Below, piece after piece: positions 37,717-47,679 of a DNA stretch of 64,000 nt (positions are counted from its first letter, which is position 1; each line of letters begins with the position of its first letter). Both the position numbers and the translations under genes were made by a program. Source of the stretch: a virus; IMG/VR virus record IMGVR_UViG_3300005253_000523, positions 5,091-69,090 of that record. One strand, 5' to 3'. Below the pieces are notes generated by a model. The model ran no database searches and had not been told where the DNA came from. It worked only from the letters and a program-made list of their open reading frames with translations.

Positions 37717-38160
37717 ACCGTAGCATCACTCCTCGTTAGAATGCGCAAAACATAAAGTCGCCCAATCAATTCGGGCAGGTACGTCGCTCTGCAGAACTCT
37801 CAAACTCCTCGGCCCCGCACTACCGCGATTGTACTAAGGCGGGTGAGTACCCGACCACGGTGTCACCACCGGCCGGGAAGGGTGCCGCCGCACGGGCTGC
37901 CAGCGCTGGCCACCGACTGCATCGCCCACCAACCGCAACAGCGGGATCAGGACGAGGACAACGACGGGAAGCAAGGATCGACCCTAGCACCACATTGAGA
38001 GCACCGCAGCAAGAGGAAACGTCGGGGTTCCGGGCGGTACAACGGGACTGCCGTAGTTCGCAGAAACCGTCGTTTCGCGCAGATGGACTGTACCGGGCCA
38101 GCCCTCAATCGAGCCGGCAAAACAGGAACGGCGCCACGTGGAACATGTTACATTAACAGT

Positions 38161-38508
38161 GTGAAAGCAGGAAATCACAGGCTCTGCACCAGGTGCCAGG
38201 TGAACTGGCATTCGAGGCAGGCCTGGTGCGTCGATTGCCAACGGTCCTACGGGGCAGCGTACATGAGGACCTGGCGCAAGACCCATCGGCTGAAGGGCGA
38301 TGCCAGACGAAAGATGAACGCGCGATCCTATGCGCACGTGTACCTGTCTCGCGGCAAACTGAGCCGGGAGAACTGCGTGGACTGCAGATCGCCCAAATCC
38401 CAAATGCACCACGCCGATTACAGCAAGCCGCTGGAGGTCACCTGGATCTGCCGACCGTGCCACCTCGCTCGTCACGGGATAGCTGAGCGGACGAATCATC
38501 CGGCCTGA
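38161..38508 (+). CDS. HNH-like zinc-binding nuclease
   Basis: CVDC...MHHADYSKPLEVTWICRPCH. Confidence 0.75.
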   Translation: MKAGNHRLCTRCQVNWHSRQAWCVDCQRSYGAAYMRTWRKTHRLKGDARRKMNARSYAHVYLSRGKLSRENCVDCRSPKSQMHHADYSKPLEVTWICRPCHLARHGIAERTNHPA

Positions 38509-38599
38509 AACAATCGCAGAGCCACTGGAGCGCCGCAGCGGAATATTTTTGGGAATAATTCGGCGGATCCCAGTGGGATTCACTGAGGCTCAACGGGAT

Positions 38600-39034
38600 T
38601 CAACCGTGAAACGGCATGCCGGCGCTCGGTGTCTTCGTCACCGGAGGGTTCGGCGGGCCGGTGTTGGGCGGAGTCCCAGGCGCCTCGGGCGGCAACGGGG
38701 GGCCGGTGTTCGGGGGCGGCTGCTCCGATCTGCGCGCGGCAAGGGCCTTGTTGGTCGCCTCTTCCAGTCTCCACGTGGCCATCCCAGTGTCCGATGGCGG
38801 GTCCACCAGATGACGCCAGAGATGCAACGGCGGCGCATCGAGATCGACGCCGGCAAGGAGGTGCTCGGCCAGCTCCTCGACATCCGTCTTCAACAGCCAG
38901 CGGCGGACGGCTTGGCGCTGTTCCTCGGTGTGCGGCTGGTACGGAATCGGTCGCTCGGAACCGGCGGGGGCGGGTGTCTCTAACTCCCCGGGCGGGGGCG
39001 GTGGTTCCGGCCAGCGGTTCGTCGGAAAGATCAT
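38600..39034 (-). CDS. Tandem paralog 3 (Pro-rich)
   Basis: AVRRWLLKTDVEELAEHLLAGVDLDAPP. Confidence 0.65.
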   Translation of the reverse strand: MIFPTNRWPEPPPPPGELETPAPAGSERPIPYQPHTEEQRQAVRRWLLKTDVEELAEHLLAGVDLDAPPLHLWRHLVDPPSDTGMATWRLEEATNKALAARRSEQPPPNTGPPLPPEAPGTPPNTGPPNPPVTKTPSAGMPFHG

Positions 39035-39297
39035 CCCTGCACTCCCGTGACCGTCTCTTCCAGTTCCTTGAGACGTCGCGCAGCCATCAACCCAGGTGGA
39101 TCGATCGCGGACGTCCCGCCTCGTGGTAGCACGCAGAACAGCTCAGGCGGTGGGTGGTCGAGATCCACGCCGGCAATGACGTGATCGGCGAGGTCCTCGA
39201 CGTCGGTGCGCAGGATCCATCGGCGAATCGCATCGCGCTCGTGTTTCGGATCCGGGCGGTAGCCCATCGGACGAGGGCGGCCGGTCGGTTTCACCAT
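39031..39297 (-). CDS. Tandem paralog 2
   Basis: AIRRWILRTDVEDLADHVIAGVDLDHPP. Confidence 0.65.
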   Translation of the reverse strand: MVKPTGRPRPMGYRPDPKHERDAIRRWILRTDVEDLADHVIAGVDLDHPPPELFCVLPRGGTSAIDPPGLMAARRLKELEETVTGVQG

Positions 39298-39300
39298 GAT

Positions 39301-39501
39301 TCAAACACCACGCACATAGGTCGCCCCGTACGGCAGCGGTGACACCAGATCCATCGGCGGCCGGTCGAGGTCAACGCCATCAAGCACGAGATCGGCGAGG
39401 TCCTCGACATCCGTGCGGAGAATCCAGCGGCGGATGGCGTCGGGATCGTACCTCGGATCTGTCTTGTACCAGATCAGCCGCCCGGCCCCCGCGATACTCA
39501 T
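39301..39501 (-). CDS. Tandem paralog 1
   Basis: AIRRWILRTDVEDLADLVLDGVDLDRPP. Confidence 0.65.
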   Translation of the reverse strand: MSIAGAGRLIWYKTDPRYDPDAIRRWILRTDVEDLADLVLDGVDLDRPPMDLVSPLPYGATYVRGV

Positions 39502-39545
39502 GCGGGGATTGTACACGGGAGCCGGTCTCGGAACGCGCCAACCCA

Positions 39546-40211
39546 TCAGGCTACCTGCCTCCAGATCTCGCGGTTCACGATCTGGCGGACCGTACTTCGA
39601 GCAACACCGTATCGTCGCGCCAGCGCACCCTTCGATTCACCGGTCTGGTGAAGCCCGCGCAACTCGCGAATTTTTTCTGTGGTGAGCTTCGAACTGTGTT
39701 GAGCCTCGCCGATGCCAGTGCGATTCTGAGTCAGCACCGCCGCAACAGGATCCATGCCATCGTAAATCCGCTCGGTGATCGTGCACGCACGCACCTTCGC
39801 AATGCCTGCACGAACCCAGCCATGGGCGGTGCGACATACACCGTCGATCTCGATGCGAATACACATCCGTCGGTTGTCGTTCTGTTCTGTCTGCGTCGCC
39901 CATCGCACGTTGCCGGGTTCATAGTTCCCGTCGTTGTCGATGCGATCGAGGCTCCATCTTCGGCCGAGGCCAGGTGGATCGCCAACGTCCTCCAAAAATT
40001 TCGAGAATTTTTTCCAGCGATCACAGACAGAGATCCCGCGGCCTCCATAGTAGTGGAAGGCCCGATTTTTCGGATTGCCACACCGCCCACGGATGGCACT
40101 CCAAACGCGGCGAACCTTACGGCGAACGGGGCTCATGGATCCAAGGCTACCTCGGCGGAAGGCCCGATCGTCAGGATCATTCTTATCCATGGAATGGCGC
40201 CAACCCCCCAT
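39546..40211 (-). CDS. Free-standing HNH homing endonuclease with C-terminal HTH
   Basis: YGGRGISVCDRW...SLDRIDNDGNYEPGNVRWAT; GEAQHSSKLT...LARRYGV. Confidence 0.85.
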   Translation of the reverse strand: MGGWRHSMDKNDPDDRAFRRGSLGSMSPVRRKVRRVWSAIRGRCGNPKNRAFHYYGGRGISVCDRWKKFSKFLEDVGDPPGLGRRWSLDRIDNDGNYEPGNVRWATQTEQNDNRRMCIRIEIDGVCRTAHGWVRAGIAKVRACTITERIYDGMDPVAAVLTQNRTGIGEAQHSSKLTTEKIRELRGLHQTGESKGALARRYGVARSTVRQIVNREIWRQVA

Positions 40212-40807
40212 CCTCCCCCCCAGAGCAGCGCGTCGTAAAGTGTAACCCCCCCTACCCTTTCCTATGGCAGAGTAAAACAGGGCGGTACCGATCCGGAAGC
40301 GCGGCCGGCTACCAGGGGATCGACCGGCACCCAGACTCGCCCCGTCGCCGCCACGTGGGGGGGACGGGGCGTTCCGATCCTACGCGGGACCGGTGGGGCC
40401 ACGGCGTTGAACGATCAGCACAGCGCCTCTCCGTACACCGTGCTGGGAGAGCCGACCACTTACGGGTGGGTACGTGGTCAGGCGGGCCGGGCCATCCCCG
40501 GCAGGGCCACGGGTGGGAGCGCCGCAGGCGTTTCACCGTACGCGAGAAAAGTTCACGCACTACTTTAACGTTACGTCTGCGCGGGACTCACGCCGATCGT
40601 TCGCGCAAGCACGCGATAATGCACCCATGATGCCGGTCGCCGAAAGCTAGGCCGGGAAAGACGGACCCCTGGCAGGGGGCCGCGTGAGATCCTCGCACCG
40701 TTACACCGCTACAGGATCGCGGTTCGTATCAATCCGAAACACGATCGCAGTACCTGGAACGATCCGAACCGTCCCGCATTCTAATCACTGCGATCGCAGG
40801 GCTTTAC

Positions 40808-41827
40808 CTACTCGGGGACTGTCGCTGCGCGAGCCGCCTCGACTTCACGTTCCAGGTCATCGTCGCTGGTCGTGTCGTCACCGCCGAAGTCTTTCCGATC
40901 GCCTGATCCCGGCGTCAAGGTTCCGAGACCACCTCGCGCAGTGGCACCACCACGAGACGCTTTGATCTTCACTCGTCGCGTCCGCGTGGTCTGCGTTTCC
41001 TCGACTTCCAATTCAGCGACGAGATCGGTCAGTGCCGACAGCTCTTTTCGAAGCGTGGCGATCATGCCCGTGCGATCGTTGCTGGCCTTGTGAGTTTCGG
41101 GTGCGCGCGTTTCAATCACACCCATTGCAACGCCGCGATCGAATAGCCGTTCATAGATATCCGACTGTGCCTTGCACGCTGATACGAGCGCGTTGTATTG
41201 CTTCGAGTCCGGGTCCTCCATGAACAGCTTGCACGCGTGTTCGAGTTTCCGAATCACTCCGATCTGGAAACTGATGTATCTGACGAAGTTGTCGCGGTGG
41301 TTTGCCGATGCCCACGACTTGTATTGCTCCTCGACACCGGTCCGGATCAATGCAGCAGCCTGCTTGCCTTGCATATCGAGTTGGTCGCCGGCATAGCCAA
41401 CCGTTCCACCGAGTCCAAAGTGTTCGAGTAGGACCACGATCGCGTCGCGAGCTTCTTTCGGTTTCAGTCTCTTGCGTTGTGCGATCCTGTCCTGCGCTCG
41501 TTTCCGCACGTCGCCCTTGACCACCTTGACTGCCCGCGTCCGCATCGTTCCGAGAATCAGGATGTGGTCGCCATCGTCGCCAGTCACACGTCGCAAGGAT
41601 CCGGGCTCGAACACGGCCGCGCGTCTCTGAACGTATTGCCACTCCTTCTCGTTGTGGCGACAGACCTTCCACGAGTATCCCTGAGCTGCGACCCACGCAC
41701 TCGCATCCTTCTCCTCGAACTTCTTACGCGGCAGTGCCACGATGAAGACGTGCCGCTCGCCCTCGAACGTATCCGGGCCGTGCTTGCCCTTCCTATCCTT
41801 CAACGTCGCCATGGTCGATGATAGCAC
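40808..41827 (-). CDS. Hypothetical protein (possibly TerS-like); N-domain resembles the middle domain of the Dam-protease polyprotein
   Basis: KF...A..W...QR....F..GS.R..T pattern; helical C-terminal half. Confidence 0.5.
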   Translation of the reverse strand: MLSSTMATLKDRKGKHGPDTFEGERHVFIVALPRKKFEEKDASAWVAAQGYSWKVCRHNEKEWQYVQRRAAVFEPGSLRRVTGDDGDHILILGTMRTRAVKVVKGDVRKRAQDRIAQRKRLKPKEARDAIVVLLEHFGLGGTVGYAGDQLDMQGKQAAALIRTGVEEQYKSWASANHRDNFVRYISFQIGVIRKLEHACKLFMEDPDSKQYNALVSACKAQSDIYERLFDRGVAMGVIETRAPETHKASNDRTGMIATLRKELSALTDLVAELEVEETQTTRTRRVKIKASRGGATARGGLGTLTPGSGDRKDFGGDDTTSDDDLEREVEAARAATVPE

Positions 41828-42263
41828 CCGTGGTCGTATCGAATATGTACAGCTTCGGAATCAAGCCGACTGCCAACACGATCACAGTACCCTCTGCCAG
41901 AGGTCCCTTCGCAGCAAGAAGGTCACGGATGGCAAACACCACCTCGGATGTCGTCGGCATCAGAAACTCGCGAACGATCTTGACGTCGGTCGGCAATGGC
42001 TGCGCCGCCTCCTCTGCATCGCGCGCCGCACGACCAGCGTCGGTGTACGTCGTGAACTTTCGGTGACACTTCACGCAGATCAACACGGCCACGTGTTGCG
42101 TTACTTCATGAGCGACTAGATCCCGTCCCTCATGATCCGGACACACGTATACGCTGCACTCCACGTCCACGCCGTCGTCAACACGATCGATCGCACCGCA
42201 CGTCCACGCTTCATCGTCGGGATCCCTGACCAGCTTCGCCTTCGGATGTTTCGCGCAACCCAT
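41793..42263 (-). CDS. Zinc-binding hypothetical protein
   Basis: Several Cys/His pairs; coupled ORF. Confidence 0.5.
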   Translation of the reverse strand: MGCAKHPKAKLVRDPDDEAWTCGAIDRVDDGVDVECSVYVCPDHEGRDLVAHEVTQHVAVLICVKCHRKFTTYTDAGRAARDAEEAAQPLPTDVKIVREFLMPTTSEVVFAIRDLLAAKGPLAEGTVIVLAVGLIPKLYIFDTTTGAIIDHGDVEG

Positions 42264-42793
42264 TATGCATTGCCTTTCTCTTTGCCGTCCTTGTCGAGAT
42301 ACGCCGGTACGAACCTCGCACGCGGTTCGCCTTCCGGCTCCGGTTCCTTCTCTGCCTCTGCATCGGCGGCAGCACGCACCTCACCCAGTGCGTGGTCCGC
42401 TTCCAACTTGTCGCGCAGTTCCTTGACCGCCTGGTTCCGCTCGCATCTCTTCGCGTTCATGTACTGCTTCAGCATCGCCTCGTAACAGATGCGGACCATC
42501 TGCGGCGGTAGCACGAACGAATAACTATCGTCGTCCTTGAGGTCCAGCTCAGACTCGGTCTGAATGATCCTCTGTATCGTCCTCTTCCAATCGTCGAACT
42601 CGGCGAGTAGTTTTCGATGTGCCACGGCCACGTCCTGTCGCTGCACGGGATCGGTTATTCCCCGTCGTCGTCGTGCCAGGGCTTCCGGCCAGTTCACCAG
42701 CGTGGCGCCTAGTGGCTTGCCGAGTGACTTCTGCTTTTTGGATTTGCCGAGTGACTTCTTCTTCGTAGTGCGCATAGACATTGCAGTTCTCAC
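42263..42793 (-). CDS. Hypothetical protein
   Basis: Coupled ORF. Confidence 0.5.
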   Translation of the reverse strand: MRTAMSMRTTKKKSLGKSKKQKSLGKPLGATLVNWPEALARRRRGITDPVQRQDVAVAHRKLLAEFDDWKRTIQRIIQTESELDLKDDDSYSFVLPPQMVRICYEAMLKQYMNAKRCERNQAVKELRDKLEADHALGEVRAAADAEAEKEPEPEGEPRARFVPAYLDKDGKEKGNA

Positions 42794-42989
42794 ACGTCAT
42801 ACCTTCTAAACCAGCACGACTAGCGGCGTCAAGGCACCCTGCGTGGCTCGGGCAGTCGTGGAACCGGGCCGGTGGTATCAGGGGATTGTCGCCCTCGTCG
42901 AGGTCAGTCGGCCTCGGTTTCAGTCCACCGACCAGCGGTAGCCGCTCGATCAGAACACCGAGATCCTGCTTGCGCGCCATGCGTGCCAC

Positions 42990-44087
42990 TTACGGCAACT
43001 GTAGAGCAGCGATGCGAGCCGTCAATGCCTTTTTGGTTTTGGGTCCTACCACACCGTCCGTCTTCAGCACGTCGCGAGCACGCCCGCGCTTCCTAAACGC
43101 CGATGTACTCCTCTGAAAAATGCGTACCGCACGCGATCTGTTCACAGGATCTCCGGTGACGTGATAGCCCATTCGATTGAGTAGCCGATCCACCTCGTTC
43201 GGATCCTCCTGATCGATGAAAGCATCTGGCTCGTCCCACGGCACCACGATCGGTTCGAGGTCGCAGCGCACCTCGTTCGCTTCTACGTCCCACCAAGTGC
43301 CGTCGTCGTCGGCACTGTGACCGAGGTCAGGGTACTCGCCGAGATCCATCCCACCAGAGTCCGGACTGATGTCGCTGACGATGTTTGACCGTAGCTGCGC
43401 GATCGGGAACACGAATGGACTACCGGTATCACTCTTCGTTGCCCACACGCCATGGTGCGGAAGCATCCATGTGGGATCGAGTGGTTCGTTCCAGTAGCCG
43501 GTCATCACGTGACCGATGTTTGCGTTCGCAATGATCTGTCCTCTGGTGAACGACTCGTACACATTGACGTTGGCACCGATCTTCATGATCTGGCCCTTCA
43601 CATCGACTGCGGGTTTGTCCAAGATCATCGTCGTGCCATCCTTGGCAGTCCCGATCGATGGACCTCGACCCATGTTGCGGTTCTCGATACCGAGGCACAC
43701 GTTGTTCGACCAGTTGCCGTGCCACGTCCCCAGGTCCCAGCTCGCGTTTATGATCGTCGGTACCGGGAACAATGCCTGCATCGACTTGTCCGCCAACCGA
43801 TCCCACCGCTCGCCGGCAGTGTTGTCAGGTTTGCGATCGAATACCGTCACGTGCCACGAGCTGCCCGTGTTCCCCCAGCCCGGATGGTTGCACCACTTCA
43901 AAGCCTTGATGCCGCTCGCACCGCCCGTGTAGTGAAAGAGAATGCCCTTCGGTCTACCGTTCCGCCAGCGCCGTACGCGTCTGGGAAAGTCTGGCTCGGG
44001 TCGGCAGTTGATAGATCGCAGTACCTCCTCGCTGATCCACTTGAGTTCCCGGTACACCTCGCGCGCCTCGTTGTGATCGATGAGCAT
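42990..44087 (-). CDS. N-acetylmuramoyl-L-alanine amidase endolysin with C-terminal peptidoglycan-binding domain
   Basis: GILFHYT, SSWH, TWHG..N...LGIE, HH....KSD; AVRIFQR...DGVVGPKT. Confidence 0.85.
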   Translation of the reverse strand: MLIDHNEAREVYRELKWISEEVLRSINCRPEPDFPRRVRRWRNGRPKGILFHYTGGASGIKALKWCNHPGWGNTGSSWHVTVFDRKPDNTAGERWDRLADKSMQALFPVPTIINASWDLGTWHGNWSNNVCLGIENRNMGRGPSIGTAKDGTTMILDKPAVDVKGQIMKIGANVNVYESFTRGQIIANANIGHVMTGYWNEPLDPTWMLPHHGVWATKSDTGSPFVFPIAQLRSNIVSDISPDSGGMDLGEYPDLGHSADDDGTWWDVEANEVRCDLEPIVVPWDEPDAFIDQEDPNEVDRLLNRMGYHVTGDPVNRSRAVRIFQRSTSAFRKRGRARDVLKTDGVVGPKTKKALTARIAALQLP

Positions 44088-44098
44088 GGTTGTTTCCC

Positions 44099-44422
44099 CT
44101 ACCAGTGCGACTGCTGCTGCTTGCGTTCGCTGTTCTTGTCGTCGATCTCCAATTGGATCTTCATCTGTAGCCGCGCCGCTATGGCTTCGATGATTGTCCG
44201 GATCGCCTGCGCCGTACGACCGCCGCGTCCGATCACCTTGCCGATGTCATTGCCGGCAGGTCTAACCGTAATGATCAAGGTGCGACCTTCGGCAGACGCC
44301 AGCACTGCAACCGTCAGACCGTCGCGGTCGTCGACAAGTTCCTTCACGATACTCTCGACCATGGAGTGGATACGATCTGCTGGTTCATCCATGGCTGGTC
44401 TTCCTGTGGTGTCTGGTTTCAT
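44099..44422 (-). CDS. khpA: KH-domain RNA-binding protein (KhpA/UPF0109-like)
   Basis: IVKELVD...DIGKVIGRGGRTAQAIRTII...IQLEI. Confidence 0.85.
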   Translation of the reverse strand: MKPDTTGRPAMDEPADRIHSMVESIVKELVDDRDGLTVAVLASAEGRTLIITVRPAGNDIGKVIGRGGRTAQAIRTIIEAIAARLQMKIQLEIDDKNSERKQQQSHW

Positions 44423-44933
44423 TCCATCGCAGCCGATCGATCAGATCCGGATAGTCGATCTGTACAACCACATCCTTCTCGCGCTGGGTCAGTGGTGCTG
44501 GCGTGAAGAGTTCATACAATGCCATCAGCGTTCCCATTCGCACCGTGACCTGGATCGATTGCCGACCCTTCTCCCGCGTGATCACGATCGGTAGCTGGTC
44601 GCTGCCCGTGTCGTAAATGTCCTTCTCGGCCTGCGCCAGTTTCCGGATCGGGCTGACGCCTGCTGACGTCGACAGCTCGAACCACCACGCACAATCCTCG
44701 ACGACGACGTCTGAGTGCTTCGCGCCTTCTGACTGCCGCGCACGCCGCACCCGCGATCGCTTCAGTAGTTCACGGTGTAGCTTTGGGAACCGCGATGCAT
44801 CGACGAGCTTCTTCACCAGTCCAGGCGGATCGAAGACGTCGCGCAGATCTCTTGCGATCTCTGCTTCGAACGTCTTGCCCTTCAACCGGGATCGTCGTCC
44901 TACTTGGGAAGGTGTGCTCTTTGGTCGTGCCAT
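44385..44933 (-). CDS. Holliday junction resolvase-like PD-(D/E)XK nuclease
   Basis: SRLKGKTFEAEIARDL...SDVV...WWFEL...LAQA..D...PIVI. Confidence 0.7.
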   Translation of the reverse strand: MARPKSTPSQVGRRSRLKGKTFEAEIARDLRDVFDPPGLVKKLVDASRFPKLHRELLKRSRVRRARQSEGAKHSDVVVEDCAWWFELSTSAGVSPIRKLAQAEKDIYDTGSDQLPIVITREKGRQSIQVTVRMGTLMALYELFTPAPLTQREKDVVVQIDYPDLIDRLRWNETRHHRKTSHG

Positions 44934-45033
44934 CGGATCCGTCTGGTATCGAGTTCGTACTTCGGTAATGTCTCCGCCCGCTGTACCCCGCGCCCTATCA
45001 CGTAGCCGAATATAAATGCGAGGACCAGCGCTG

Positions 45034-45279
45034 TCATTTCCTAGCCTTGATCAAGGCAGCCGTCGCCTCAGCCAATTCGTTCGGCGTTCCCAGTGCCTTC
45101 TGGTAGGACGCCAGCACGCCTTCAAGCTGCACGATGCGGGTCTCCTGATCGTCGATCACGTCGCAGACATCATCGAGTGCATCCATCAGCACCGTGATCG
45201 CGCGCATCTCGGATCCCTCCGTCGCCCGGAGTTCTGGACTGATCAGTTTCAGCCTCTCGCGTATATCGGCCGTCGTCAT
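45034..45279 (-). CDS. Small coiled-coil protein
   Basis: ATGA-coupled ORF. Confidence 0.5.
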   Translation of the reverse strand: MTTADIRERLKLISPELRATEGSEMRAITVLMDALDDVCDVIDDQETRIVQLEGVLASYQKALGTPNELAEATAALIKARK

Positions 45280-45767
45280 GGATGCTCTCGATAACGCGGA
45301 TGTACGGCTTTTTCGAAGTGGCTGCCGTAGTACGGATGCTCGCCACGCAACGTCGCCGTCAGCATCGCCATCAAGATCGCAATCAGTCCGCCGAGCGCCC
45401 ACCACGTTGCTGGTATCCACCACGGGATTCCAAACACGTTCATCACCACACCGATCGCGATCTTCTCGAATGCCTCCGACGTCATCTGTTCGCCGTGCCG
45501 CAGTTCCGCATCCCACAGCGGACGGTCCATGTCTTCCTTGACCATGATCATATGAGGCCCGAACGTGCTGCCGCCCCACTCCTGATAGAACTTGCGAGTG
45601 AACCAGCGGTTCAATCCAAGCTCCATAAAGAGCGCGCCTCGATACGTGAAGAACCGGTGACCGCCAAGCGCATACATGAACAGCAACCCGATCAGACCAA
45701 TCAGGTTGGCTCCTGACGTCGCGACGTAAATGATCGGGTAGCCGATGATCTTGAAAAACGTTCGCAT
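45276..45767 (-). CDS. Membrane protein
   Basis: Several hydrophobic segments. Confidence 0.6.
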   Translation of the reverse strand: MRTFFKIIGYPIIYVATSGANLIGLIGLLFMYALGGHRFFTYRGALFMELGLNRWFTRKFYQEWGGSTFGPHMIMVKEDMDRPLWDAELRHGEQMTSEAFEKIAIGVVMNVFGIPWWIPATWWALGGLIAILMAMLTATLRGEHPYYGSHFEKAVHPRYREHP

Positions 45768-46030
45768 TACTTGGAGCGACCTCGTCGACGACCCTTGCTC
45801 GGCATCATCGGCGGCGGTGACTCAGCGTCGGTATCCTCAGCCGTCGCTGCTGCCGTCTCCGGTGGTCCCACGTCCGGTGCTTTGATCGGCGGTGCGGTCT
45901 TGCCTTCGAGCATGGCAAGTGCCTCGGCCTTCTTCAGCCCGCCCTTCACGATATCGTTGTTCGCATCGATCACCATGTATACGCCGCCCTCGGCTCTCAC
46001 TATCCACGGTGTTGGGTTGTTCTCAGTCAT
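45767..46030 (-). CDS. Hypothetical protein
   Basis: GGAGGAGG SD. Confidence 0.6.
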   Translation of the reverse strand: MTENNPTPWIVRAEGGVYMVIDANNDIVKGGLKKAEALAMLEGKTAPPIKAPDVGPPETAAATAEDTDAESPPPMMPSKGRRRGRSK

Positions 46031-46053
46031 GGCTTCCTCCTCCTGGCATCATA

Positions 46054-47679
46054 TCAAACTCCCCACTCAACTCCTGCAGTGCTGCGTGGACTACCGAGTA
46101 GCAGTCGCTCGCGGGCACGTGTAAAAGCAACGTAGAACGTCCGGCGCACGTCGTCCTTGCCATTCGACGAACACCAGTGACCGAATCCATTCGGTGAGAG
46201 ATCCGGCCAGATGCTGACTACATCGGATTCAGAACCTTTAACGCTGTGAACCGTGCCCACGACTACCTTCGGTGTCTCCGTGATCAGTTTGGGATCACGC
46301 CGTATGATCCGGATCGGATAACTGAACCCGCGCTGCTTGGGTGGCAGGATGTTCCGCTCGTACCAGTCGAGGTCACCGTTATAGATCGCAGATCGATGCT
46401 CGGGTCGAAAGAACTCCTCGTCTCGGATCACATCGTTCGGTGTCTCCTTCGCAAGCTTCTTCAGTTCCGACTTGGCACCGCGACGTGCGAAGACGGCGGC
46501 AGATAAGTGCTCGGCCCACGCATAGACCTCCTTCGCGGTCCACACTTCCAGGAACGCGCCGTCGCCATGGATGGTGCTGTTGCGTGACAGGAACGTCCAC
46601 AACCGATTGGCCAGCGATCCTTTTGCGTTCCGCAGTGGGTTCCAGTCACCGCGAGTCAGTCGGTACGGGTTGTGAAACGGAATGCCCTCGTCGCGCAGTA
46701 CTGACACGATCGGGTTCAGCATGTAGCTGCACGCCGCCAGCACCATGAACGTACGACCGGCAGCGATCTCAGTATTGATCTCGTTGATGAGTGGCTGCAC
46801 GTGCCGGAACGTTGCTGATGTCGTCTCTATCGATCCTTCTACGTCCCTCGGCAGGTATGGCTTGGTCACGCGGGCACTGATCTTCTCGATCCAGGACATC
46901 GCGAACGAATGGATCACTCGTGGCACGCGGTAGCTCTGCGACAGGATCCGTTTCTGATTTTCGGAAATTGGTGCCTCGATGAGGCTGTCAGGCGTCGCGC
47001 CCCTCCACGTGAACAGTGCTTGATCGTCGTCGTACGCGATCACTAACTTGTCGAAGTGCTCCGCCCACTGCCGCATGAGCGTAAGTTCAAGCTTCGTCGA
47101 GTCCTGTGCTTCGTCGAGGATGGCAACGCGCACTCCGGCAGGCGGTGGCACCTTCTTGGTTACACACGTCTCGATGAGATCCGTGAAATCCATGTAGCCC
47201 TCATCGTCCTTCCACTTGCACCAGCGGCGATAGAAACCCTGCGCCTCTGTAGGCCACGCAGTGAACGGAGTCATCGTCGCGCGCATGCGTTGAACCATCG
47301 ACATCTTGTCGTCGCCGGCACCGAAGCCAGAACCGTTCCAATCCGGATCCTCGAAGTCCTTGGCGCCACACAGTTGATCGCTGGACGCAGCGACCTCGTT
47401 CCACTTCGCAATCATCTTGTCGGCGATCTTGGGTTGGTCGAGTAGATGGAAGCAGATCGAGTGCAGCGTACCCACGCGCGCTGCAGTGGTTCGATCCTTG
47501 CGACGTCGCTTACCTGCCTCGGGATCGATCCGCGCAGCAATCTCGGCTGCTGCCGTGCGCGTGAACGACACCACCATCACCCCGCGTTCGTCGTACCGCT
47601 CCCGGGCCGCTTTGATCTGCCGCGTCAGATACGTGGTCTTGCCCGTGCCCGGCGGACCCAATACGTGGAACTCTTGCAT
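46054..47679 (-). CDS. UvrD/Rep-like SF1 helicase
   Basis: GPPGTGKT, SFTRTAA, TLHS, LDEAQD, DDDQA, QSYR, TVHSVKGSE, YVAFTRAR. Confidence 0.92.
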   Translation of the reverse strand: MQEFHVLGPPGTGKTTYLTRQIKAARERYDERGVMVVSFTRTAAAEIAARIDPEAGKRRRKDRTTAARVGTLHSICFHLLDQPKIADKMIAKWNEVAASSDQLCGAKDFEDPDWNGSGFGAGDDKMSMVQRMRATMTPFTAWPTEAQGFYRRWCKWKDDEGYMDFTDLIETCVTKKVPPPAGVRVAILDEAQDSTKLELTLMRQWAEHFDKLVIAYDDDQALFTWRGATPDSLIEAPISENQKRILSQSYRVPRVIHSFAMSWIEKISARVTKPYLPRDVEGSIETTSATFRHVQPLINEINTEIAAGRTFMVLAACSYMLNPIVSVLRDEGIPFHNPYRLTRGDWNPLRNAKGSLANRLWTFLSRNSTIHGDGAFLEVWTAKEVYAWAEHLSAAVFARRGAKSELKKLAKETPNDVIRDEEFFRPEHRSAIYNGDLDWYERNILPPKQRGFSYPIRIIRRDPKLITETPKVVVGTVHSVKGSESDVVSIWPDLSPNGFGHWCSSNGKDDVRRTFYVAFTRARERLLLGSPRSTAGVEWGV

